Below, piece after piece: positions 8,277 through 16,251 of a stretch of 64,000 nt of DNA (the stretch's first letter is position 1; each line of letters opens with the position of its first letter). Origin of the DNA: Candidatus Marinacidobacterales bacterium (lineage in GTDB: Bacteria; Acidobacteriota; Vicinamibacteria; Marinacidobacterales; SMYC01); assembly GCA_965224085.1 (NCBI GenBank), contig CBDCYI010000011.1:1543639-1607638 (forward strand), given 5' to 3'. Position numbers and translations under genes: made by a program. The notes under the pieces are model-generated. The model did not search any database, had not been told where the DNA came from, and worked only from the letters and a program-made list of their open reading frames with translations.

Positions 8277-9294
8277 TTCTGTCGATGAACTGTCGCAGGC
8301 GGCCGAAATCGTGCCGGTTGAAATCGAGCTCGAGGCGTGCGAGCCCGTGGAGATGAGTCCCGAGCTCTTGGCGAAGAGGCTGACTTCGCGTGATCTCGCC
8401 TGAACGGAGCACATCCTGAAAGCCGTCATTCAGGGTCGTGATCTCGTCGTCCGTGAGGTCGCGCTCGAGCCGAAACACGAGCTTGTCGCCGACATAGCGG
8501 GACGAGTGGTAGACGCGATAAAAGAGCATGACCTCGTCGACCGCTTCCTTTGGGTTTTTCACGATACGAAAAAGAGACAGGTCTTGCTGAGAGATGAGAC
8601 CGTGACCCAGCATACGCTGCTCGATGAACCGGCCCAGGTCTCTGAAATAGCCGGTCTCCGGGCTTTCGACCATCACGACCGGCAAAGGCGTCTGCTTGCC
8701 GGTCTGGAGCAGAGTCAGGACCTCGAAGCACTCGTCGAGGGTCCCGAACCCACCCGGAAACAGGACGACGGCACGGGATTCTTTTAACAAAAAGAGCTTC
8801 CGGGTGAAGAAGTAGCGGAAGCTCATGAGCTTCTTTTGGTCGCCGCGAATGGTCTCGTTCGCAGACTGTTCGAACGGGAGCTTGATATTGACACCGATGC
8901 TCAAACTTCGCCCGGCGCCTTCGTGAGCGGCGCCCATGATGCCGCTTCCCGCGCCGGTGACGACCATCCAGCCCGCCTCGGCCATGAGTCTGCCGAACTC
9001 GACCGCCCGCTCGTGATCGCCGTGCTCCGGCAGTGTGCGCGCCGACCCGAATACCGTCACTTTGCGGGCCCGGCGAAACGGCGTGAACATTTTGAAGGCC
9101 CGGCGCATCTCCTTGAGCGCCGCGTTCGCAATCTTCAGGTCAACGTACTTCGCGCAGTCGATGCCGAGCCGAAGAGCGGTCGTTGCCATTTCATAAACGG
9201 AACGCCGTTCCGCATCCGTGCAGCATTGGTTGACGAGTGCCCTGAGCTTGCCGTCGAGCTCAGGGTCCCCCGTGGAGTATCGTGATTCGCGCAT
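8257..9294 (-). CDS. ppnN: LOG-family nucleotide 5'-monophosphate nucleosidase (PpnN/YgdH-like, TIGR00730 core with N- and C-terminal extension domains)
   Basis: VTVFGSART...GGGxGxMGAAHEGA...VLFPGGFGTLDE LOG core. The start is taken at MRESRYS (ATG 9292-9294); the longer 419-aa ORF start is probably spurious. Confidence 0.75.
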   Translation of the reverse strand: MRESRYSTGDPELDGKLRALVNQCCTDAERRSVYEMATTALRLGIDCAKYVDLKIANAALKEMRRAFKMFTPFRRARKVTVFGSARTLPEHGDHERAVEFGRLMAEAGWMVVTGAGSGIMGAAHEGAGRSLSIGVNIKLPFEQSANETIRGDQKKLMSFRYFFTRKLFLLKESRAVVLFPGGFGTLDECFEVLTLLQTGKQTPLPVVMVESPETGYFRDLGRFIEQRMLGHGLISQQDLSLFRIVKNPKEAVDEVMLFYRVYHSSRYVGDKLVFRLERDLTDDEITTLNDGFQDVLRSGEITRSQPLRQELGTHLHGLARLELDFNRHDFGRLRQFIDRINAFDA

Positions 9295-9400
9295 TGGTCC
9301 GCTTTCTACTTTCGACGATCTGCTGGAACGTTCTATACCTAACTTAGCAAATCGCGGTGGTCTCGGTCCTGTATCATGTCCATAGGGAAAGATCGTCAAC

Positions 9401-10228
9401 GTGGCAGAGAAGTGGGCGAGGAGTAAAAAGGACGTCGGCATAAGTGGTTCTTCCGTTCGTGCCTCGCTCCGCGGCGCGTATCTGACCATTGCGGGCACTC
9501 TCGCGAGAGAGCCCAAAGGAGACTTTCTCCACTGCCTCTATCTGCACGGCGTTTACGACGATCAAGTCGAGAACTTCAGGTCCGTGCTCGACGCGCTACT
9601 CGATATCGGCCGCTTCATCGGGACTAGCGAAGTCTTCGACATCCTCGAAGATCGCGCCAAGCTGAACGGTCGCCTATTCCACTTGTCTTTCGACGATGGA
9701 TTCGACAACAACTATCGCAACGCTTTCCCGTCATTGTCGGAACGCGGCATTCATGCCGCGTTCTTCGTTCCCTCGACTCTCGTCGGCGCATCCAACGCTT
9801 TCGTCTTGGAACATTGGTGGGCGCCCGAGCAATCGCCGACCCGCTTCATGACGTGGAGTCAAGTTCGGGAGCTCTCGGATTGCGGTCACGAGATCGGAAG
9901 CCACACGCGCACGCATAAAAGACTGCGCTCCGAAGAACAACGTCCAGACCAGCTCCGCGATCAGATACGCGGATCGAAGCAGGAAATCGAAGACCAACTC
10001 GGCTCCGCGTGTCGATACATCGCATGGCCGTTCGGAACCGCGCGGGATATCGACGACGCGGCGCATAGAGAGATCATAGCGGCGGGCTATGACGGCAGCT
10101 TCAGCGCCGTTCGCGGATCGGCGTCACCGGAAACGTCCCGCTACTCGGTCCCGAGGCACCATTTTGAGGCCGATTGGAGCTGGCCGCACGTGCGTTATTT
10201 CGCGCTCGGAAATGGCGCCACAAGCTGA
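9401..10228 (+). CDS. polysaccharide deacetylase family protein (NodB homology domain)
   Basis: HLSFDDGF (TFDDG motif), HTRTH, WPFG motifs. Confidence 0.8.
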   Translation: MAEKWARSKKDVGISGSSVRASLRGAYLTIAGTLAREPKGDFLHCLYLHGVYDDQVENFRSVLDALLDIGRFIGTSEVFDILEDRAKLNGRLFHLSFDDGFDNNYRNAFPSLSERGIHAAFFVPSTLVGASNAFVLEHWWAPEQSPTRFMTWSQVRELSDCGHEIGSHTRTHKRLRSEEQRPDQLRDQIRGSKQEIEDQLGSACRYIAWPFGTARDIDDAAHREIIAAGYDGSFSAVRGSASPETSRYSVPRHHFEADWSWPHVRYFALGNGATS

Positions 10229-10995
10229 TGCGCATCGTCATCATCACCGCATTGCGCCACGGCACGGCCAGTCGTTGCCTTCCTTCGCTCGCAGCGCATC
10301 GCGAGATCGATGTCGCGCTGGTTATTCGTACCGAGCGGCAATACCGCACGCGGGGACGAAAGCTGCGGCGCGACGTCAAGAAGATCCTGCGCATCGGCCC
10401 CATCGGCGCTCTCATGGGACGCCACTTGCGTTCGTGGTACGAGGGTCCGAAAACGGAGGATCTCGAGGCTTTGGCGCGCCGTGAAGGCGTGCGTTACGAG
10501 CAAACGCCACTTGCGAACGGAGATGAAACGGTCGAGCTCATGCGATCGGCCGACGCCGATCTCGGGCTATCCCTCGGAAACGGGTATTTGTTCCCAAAGG
10601 TCTTTCGCGTCCCGAAGCTCGGCACGGTCAACGTCCACGGGGAGGTTCTACCGGAATTTCGCGGAGGCTCGAGCGTCATCTGGCCGATCTACGAAGGCGT
10701 CCGGGAAACAGGGCTTACCGTCCATCGCATGGACGAGAGGATCGACACAGGCGAGATTCTCCATCGGGAGCGCTTCCCCATCGCTTTCAAGGACAGTCTG
10801 CGCGAAACGGTGGAGCACAACGCGGCCGAGATCTCGCGACGTATTCCGGGAGCGCTCGTCCACGTGATCACGCACTTCGACGAGCTCGTCGCGAAACAAG
10901 TACCCCAAGGCATCGGACGCAACTATACTACCCCCACATTCCGCCAATATCGCCGCATGGTACGCCAACACGACCGACTTTCCTCTGGCCTCTAA
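10228..10995 (+). CDS. formyltransferase family protein (Fmt/ArnA N-domain-like)
   Basis: NVHGEVLPEFRGGSSVIWPIYEGVRETGLTVHRMDERIDTGEIL matches formyl_trans_N. Its start overlaps the previous stop (TGATG). Confidence 0.75.
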   Translation: MRIVIITALRHGTASRCLPSLAAHREIDVALVIRTERQYRTRGRKLRRDVKKILRIGPIGALMGRHLRSWYEGPKTEDLEALARREGVRYEQTPLANGDETVELMRSADADLGLSLGNGYLFPKVFRVPKLGTVNVHGEVLPEFRGGSSVIWPIYEGVRETGLTVHRMDERIDTGEILHRERFPIAFKDSLRETVEHNAAEISRRIPGALVHVITHFDELVAKQVPQGIGRNYTTPTFRQYRRMVRQHDRLSSGL

Positions 10996-11172
10996 CTAGT
11001 TCCTGTCCAGAAACACCATAACTTGTGGTGTACGAGAGGCCTATCGAAGATGTGGGTATTATACGTTTTCAGTCGGCACCTCGTAGGCTCGGAAGCGAAT
11101 GAAAATCTTGGACGAAACGAGAGGCGAATCGTCAGCAATCCATGGCTATAAACGCAGTAAGAGCAATCATTA

Positions 11173-12654
11173 TTATCGTAATAGGTGCCTTGCCATTACC
11201 AACAGGTTGCAGGTGATGATGGAACTCCATACGTAGGATTTGAAAGAAGGCAATGAGCGCCATGTGCATCGGTCGAGACCAAAGACTCGTTTCAAGAACG
11301 AAATGACGCCTTCGATTCCGCAGCGAAATCGCCGTAGGCGTTGATAGACCCAGGAACTCTTGACCATATCGGTCACCGCGAAGTGAGCCTTGGTAAAGGC
11401 AACATCTTCAACTCCCTTGCCTTTGATGGCTTCCAAGTTTGCCTTTGAAGAAAACGCGCCATCGTAGGCAACCTGGCGCGGGGCCCGTTCGTAGAGTTCG
11501 ACTTGACGGTCGATCATGGTTTCCGCGAGAGTTGAATCGGACGGATTCCCATCCAAGATCACGCAATCCAAAATCATCGAGGACGAGCCACCAGTCAAAC
11601 ACACCTTGTGACCGTAGAGAGTCTCGCGCCGGTCTTTGCGAATAATGTCGGTGTGTTCTTCGAAGATCGAAACGACCTTTTCCTCCGCAGGCACACGCTC
11701 TTCATCAATCACTCTACGCCGAGTTTGGTTGATGACTTTTTCGGTGAGGACGAGAAAGTGCTTAAAATCCGCGGCGATCTTCTCCGCACTCGCTCGCTTC
11801 ACCGGCTCGGTCAAGCCGGACTCGTCCAACTGGTCTGCAACGCGTTGAGCGGAGCGATAGGTTTCTTCCGACACCTTCAGTAGATCTCGATAGACGCGAC
11901 GCCTTTGTTCCTTATCCTTCGCGTTTAGAACTCCCAGTCGACGTCTCTTCGCTCGACGCGTTCGATTGCCGAAGACCACTACTGTACCCAGCAGTTCGCG
12001 AGTTCGGCACATGAGGCGAGTGAGAACTCGGACGCAGTCATAAAGAAGCTCGGAGTCCGTAGGAGAATGAATATTCGACTCCACTACCGTGCAGTCCACT
12101 CGTACTTTTCTTCCTTTTTCGATCGCGGTCTTCTCGGCAACACTCACCAACTCTCGGTTGATTTTCTCCAGCGTTTCGAACTTCACGGCTTTGATGTTTG
12201 CTGCTAGGGTCGACTTCGACGGGCTCGGCTCTATGATGCCGAGCTGGCAAAACGTCCGATAGCTTCGAGAGTCTGCCATCGATTTTCTCCAGCGTTTCGA
12301 ACTTCACGGCTTTGATGTTTGCTGCTAGGGTCGTGACGGGCTCGGCTCTATGATGCCGAGCTGGCAAAACGTCCGATAGCTTCGAGAGTCTGCCAAGTGA
12401 AACGCCAGCTCCCGATAGGTGAACTGATTCAGCTGCTTGACCAACAACGCCCGGAGAACCTGCTCCGCGCTCATTCCCCCACGACCAACATCGCTCCCTG
12501 CCGATGGGGTGACCGACCTCAGGTCTTGCAGTACCAGCTCATTGAGCTTAGGATGGGCATCGAGCAGCGATGATATCGTTTCGAGCTCGCGTGCGTGCTC
12601 CAGCTCCAGCCAGGGCTCGCGAAGGCTTGGTTGTGGGTTGATCGTTTTTCGCAT
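11173..12654 (-). pseudogene. IS5-family DDE transposase ORF interrupted by ~118-nt internal tandem duplication
   Basis: The two ORF pieces share the duplicated peptide ADSRSYRTFCQLGIIEPSPS...TLAANIKAVKFETLEKI. Removing one repeat unit would reconstitute a single ORF of about 455 aa. Confidence 0.6.
12161..12395. repeat. imperfect tandem duplication (~120 + ~115 nt) inside transposase gene
   Basis: Unit gattttctccagcgtttcgaacttcacggctttgatgtttgctgctagggtcg...gagagtctgcca occurs twice. The copies differ by a 4-nt indel (acttcgac vs tgac) and the length is not a multiple of 3. Confidence 0.85.
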
Positions 12655-12861
12655 TTAGGGCTGGTCTCCTTTGGAGTTAAGTCGTTTAGAATCTGCGTTT
12701 TTGTCGACTCGATACTAAACGACACTCCCTCAGAAGGCTAGCCCTAAATTTGCGATTACCCCTTTTTTCTCAACCTCTTACACCTGTCAGGACGGGTACT
12801 AACTAACCAGCCAGAATCGTGGATTCCGTTCATGTTCTAGAGATCTATCTGAAGCGCCGCT

Positions 12862-14223
12862 TCAAAACCAGATAAAGCGCGCGAGGAACAAAGCGGCGAT
12901 CAAATGCGCCGCCCAGTGGAGCTCGCGAGCGCGCCCGCTCATCAGATAGAGCACGGATGTCGAGATGAATCCGAAGGCGATCCCCTCCGTGATGCTCGTC
13001 GTGAGGGGCATCATGATTACCGTCAAAAAGGCCGGAATGGCTTGGTGAGGCTCGCTCCACGCGATGTCGCCGACGGAGGCCATCATGAAGACGCCGACGA
13101 GAATCAATGCAGGTGCAAGCGTGGGGTACAGAGTGACACCGTCCCCCGCATCGACGCCTCCACCCACCACGCGCAGCAAGGGATAGAGGAACACCGAAAT
13201 CGTAAGAAGAAATGCCGTCGCCACCGAAGCGAGCCCAGTGCGGCCGCCGGCGTGAACGCCCGCGGCGCTTTCGACGTAGCTCGTCACGGTGGAAGTCCCG
13301 GCGAGACCGCCGACGACCGAGCCTGCCGCGTCCGCAAGAAAAGCTTCACGAGCTCGAGGAAGCTGGCCGGCTACGCTCAGCCGGGCGCGCTCGCTCACAC
13401 CAATGAGCGTGCCCACGGTGTCGAACAGATCGACGAAAAAGATTACGAAGACGACCGCGAAAACATCCTGTTGCTGGAAGAGGCCCTTGAAGTCCGCTGC
13501 GAAGAGTCCAGCCGTGAGCGAATCCGGAAGCCCCAAAACCCCTTGAAAATCGGCGAGCCCGGTGATCATGGCCACGATCGTCGACGCCAAGACACTGATG
13601 ACGATCGCCGCATTGATGCGAAGCACCGTCAAAATAGAAGTCACGGTGACACCGAAAAGGGTGAGGAGCGCCGCTGGACTTCCGAGATCGCCGAGGCCGA
13701 TATGGATGACGGGCGCCGCGGTTACGATCCCGCCCCATCTCAGGCCAACGATCGCTATCAAGAGACCAATCCCCACCGCCATGCTCTTTTTTAAGTGGTC
13801 CGGAATGCTCTCGATGAGTCGCGCACGAAGTTTCCAGAAGGAAGCAAGCACAAACAGACCGCCGGCGAAGACGACTGCCGCGAGGGCCTGTTCCCACCCG
13901 TAGCCGTACCCGCCTGCTGCCACGGGCCCGCATATCGTGAAGGCAAAAAAGAAGTTCTGCCCCATCCCTGGTGCGAGAGCCACGGGATAGTTGGCGTGGA
14001 CGGCCATCCAGAGAGTCGCAAAAGCCGAAGCAAAGCAAGTCGCGGCGAGTACGGCCCCTTGATCCATGCCCGTGAGGCTCAAGATGGCCGGGTTGACGAG
14101 CAGGATGTAGCTCATGGCCATGTACGTGGTAAGGCCGGCCAAAAGCTCGGTGCGCACCGAGCTTCCGCGCTCCTGAATCTCGAAGGTCCTTTGCAGCCAA
14201 GGGATTAGGGTTGTTTCCGTCAT
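12862..14223 (-). CDS. NCS2-family purine permease (AzgA/PbuG-like adenine/guanine/hypoxanthine transporter)
   Basis: Multi-TM protein. TTYMAMSYILLVNPAIL motif is typical of the AzgA family. Start taken at MTETTLIPW. Confidence 0.75.
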   Translation of the reverse strand: MTETTLIPWLQRTFEIQERGSSVRTELLAGLTTYMAMSYILLVNPAILSLTGMDQGAVLAATCFASAFATLWMAVHANYPVALAPGMGQNFFFAFTICGPVAAGGYGYGWEQALAAVVFAGGLFVLASFWKLRARLIESIPDHLKKSMAVGIGLLIAIVGLRWGGIVTAAPVIHIGLGDLGSPAALLTLFGVTVTSILTVLRINAAIVISVLASTIVAMITGLADFQGVLGLPDSLTAGLFAADFKGLFQQQDVFAVVFVIFFVDLFDTVGTLIGVSERARLSVAGQLPRAREAFLADAAGSVVGGLAGTSTVTSYVESAAGVHAGGRTGLASVATAFLLTISVFLYPLLRVVGGGVDAGDGVTLYPTLAPALILVGVFMMASVGDIAWSEPHQAIPAFLTVIMMPLTTSITEGIAFGFISTSVLYLMSGRARELHWAAHLIAALFLARFIWF

Positions 14224-14278
14224 TGTGCTAAAATGTTTGCTTCGGCAACGGGGCGACATACCCTGAGGAGGAACGGCA

Positions 14279-14548
14279 TTGGCTCAAAGTCTTTCGGCGA
14301 TCAAGCGAGTGCGGCAAAACGAGAAAAGCCGCGTCCGCAACCGCTCTCACCGTACCCGTCTACGCACACAAATCAAGAAACTGCGGGAAGCCATCGAGGC
14401 CAAGCAGGCAGACGAGGCAAAGAAGTTACTGCCCGGCACGATGTCTCTCGTGGATGTCATGATCAAAAAAGGCGTCATTCACGAAAACGCAGGCAACCGC
14501 TACAAATCCCGTCTCACCCGCCAGTTCTCAGCCCTCGCTCGGAGCTGA
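14279..14548 (+). CDS. rpsT: 30S ribosomal protein S20, UUG start
   Basis: (M)AQSLSAIKRVRQNEKSRVRNRSHRTRLRTQIKK... GGAGG lies 7 nt upstream of TTG at 14279. Confidence 0.85.
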   Translation: MAQSLSAIKRVRQNEKSRVRNRSHRTRLRTQIKKLREAIEAKQADEAKKLLPGTMSLVDVMIKKGVIHENAGNRYKSRLTRQFSALARS

Positions 14549-15557
14549 CCCTCCGCCCGCCTCCCGCGCAAAGCGAGATCGCAAGACTCTCCAGAAAGAG
14601 CCGCGCCGGAAGGCCACTCGACTTGAGCACCCGATCCGCGTCAGCGAGCGATCGCAACGCTCTTTCGAGCATCGTGCGGTCGAAGCGCCGCGCCGCCTCC
14701 GCGATTCCTTTTGCGGCGAAAGGTGGCACTCCGAGAACTTTCGCGAGGCTGTCCCCACGACGTGGCGAGCTTTGAAACTCCTTGGCCATCCGGAGCTGCC
14801 CCACTAGACGGTCCACGAGCGCCAAGATCCTGAGCGGCGGCTCCCCTTCTTCGAGCAACCGACCCAGCTGCCGAAGCGCGTTTTTGGAATCCCCCGCCGC
14901 CAGTGCGTCAAGAAAGCGAAAGATGCTTTGCGCTTTGCCGCGCCCGAGCACGGTCGCGATCGTCTCCAGATCGAGCTTTTCCTCTCCGGCATAGAGCGAG
15001 AGCTTTTCGAGCTCGTTCAAAAGGTGTCTCAAATCTCCACCGGACTCGGAGACGAGGTAGCTCACGGCGTCGTGTCCTAGGCGAAGCTTGCGCTCTCTCG
15101 CCTGCTCGCTCACCCAGTCTAAAAGTTCTGCGGTCTTCGGCGTGGCGCAGGCGATGATCGACGCTTTCTGTTCGACCTCTTTCCACGCCTTACGTCGTTT
15201 ATCCGGGGATTTCGAAAGCTCGAGCAGCAGAATCGTCTGGGGGGACGGGTCGTCGAGATAAGCGCGCAGCTCTTCCGATTTCTCGAGGAGCTTCTGCGCG
15301 CGCTTGACGATCACAAGCCGCTGGCCGCCGAGCATGGGCAGCAAGTTAGCCGACATCACCACATGGGCACCGTCGGTCGCCTCACCGTCGAAACGGTCGA
15401 GGTTGAATGGCGTCTCCGCCTCCCCGAGAACGTGACGCTTTATCTCGGCAACAGCAAGCTCGCGAAGGAGGTCTTGCTCGCCCACGACGACGTAGACGGG
15501 CAGAAGCTTCCCTTGATCGAGGTGCTCGGCTAGCCGGTAGTATGAGAGCTTCATCAT
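14514..15557 (-). CDS. holA: DNA polymerase III subunit delta
   Basis: 347 aa with a HolA-like N-terminus (LPVYVVVGEQDLL). Sits in the conserved leuS-lptE-holA arrangement. Confidence 0.8.
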   Translation of the reverse strand: MMKLSYYRLAEHLDQGKLLPVYVVVGEQDLLRELAVAEIKRHVLGEAETPFNLDRFDGEATDGAHVVMSANLLPMLGGQRLVIVKRAQKLLEKSEELRAYLDDPSPQTILLLELSKSPDKRRKAWKEVEQKASIIACATPKTAELLDWVSEQARERKLRLGHDAVSYLVSESGGDLRHLLNELEKLSLYAGEEKLDLETIATVLGRGKAQSIFRFLDALAAGDSKNALRQLGRLLEEGEPPLRILALVDRLVGQLRMAKEFQSSPRRGDSLAKVLGVPPFAAKGIAEAARRFDRTMLERALRSLADADRVLKSSGLPARLFLESLAISLCAGGGRRVSSERGLRTGG

Positions 15558-15710
15558 CTCTTGCTCAGTGCGCGCTCTCTCTTTCCCTCGCCCAGAGCGC
15601 GCTTGTCGCCTCGCTCTTCGCTCGGCTTACTGCTGTCGGCCCATTCGGGCCGGGCTCGCTCCGCTCGCAGCAGTGTGAAGATGACTTTTCAGCATCCTGC
15701 TAGACTGCGC

Positions 15711-16247
15711 TCAGAACGCCTCGAGAATGCTGCTCACGAGCGATTTCGCGAACTCCTCGGACAGGCGCTGCATCGTCAAGCCTTCTTGGTCGAAGAAGTC
15801 TTCTTCGTCCTCTCCGATTTCATAGTCATCCCGAAACTGGAAGCCGCTGCTCTGCCAGATAACATTGTCGGCAACGAGATCCTTGAACTCGACTTGGGCG
15901 CGGATGACGACCGTATAAGTCGCCGCCTGGCTCGAAGAAATATCCTCGTTTCCGCCTTCGAGCACCGAGGGCGCCGAGTTGAAGGACACGATGATACCGT
16001 TCATCACTGCATCCGCTCCGGCGACCTCCGGTTGGATTTTGTAGCGTCCACGAGCGTTGAACTCTTCGACGACCTTCAACGTGACGATCTCTTCGATGGA
16101 GATTTGATCGCTCCGGTTCTCGAATGTGGGGATCGCCACCAAGGCGATATAGTCGGGAAGGAAATTCCCCTTTCCCGCCAGGCTATAGCCGCAACCGCTC
16201 ATCGTGATCAAAAGAGCGTTCAATATCGCCATCCGAAACGCTCTCAT
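15711..16247 (-). CDS. lptE: LPS-assembly lipoprotein LptE
   Basis: Lipoprotein signal ending in CGYSLAG, about 178 aa, located between leuS and holA. Confidence 0.75.
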   Translation of the reverse strand: MRAFRMAILNALLITMSGCGYSLAGKGNFLPDYIALVAIPTFENRSDQISIEEIVTLKVVEEFNARGRYKIQPEVAGADAVMNGIIVSFNSAPSVLEGGNEDISSSQAATYTVVIRAQVEFKDLVADNVIWQSSGFQFRDDYEIGEDEEDFFDQEGLTMQRLSEEFAKSLVSSILEAF

Positions 16248-16251
16248 ATCA

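Larger units (their letters stand above)
11100..12760 (-). mobile_element. IS5/IS1182-like insertion sequence, boundaries approximate, transposase disrupted
   Basis: The transposase is split into 12325..12654 (InsH N-terminal domain: GRGGMSAEQVLRALLVKQL...FHLADSRSYRTF) and 11173..12279 (DDE_Tnp_1-like: DCTVVESNIHSPTDSE, YDGAFSS, CGIEGVISFLKRVFGLDR). Flanks are AT-richer. Terminal IRs could not be identified. Confidence 0.5.

Noticed and set aside
12038-12367. 109-aa ORF MPARHHRAEP... repeated peptide
   Set aside because: Artefact of the tandem duplication inside the transposase gene.
12655-12760. Inverted pair ATTTAGGGCT(A/G)G about 65 nt apart upstream of the transposase start, considered as IS terminal inverted repeats
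   Set aside because: Both copies are at the same end of the element, so they form a local hairpin. No matching sequence was found at the other end near 11050-11170, so IS boundaries remain undefined.
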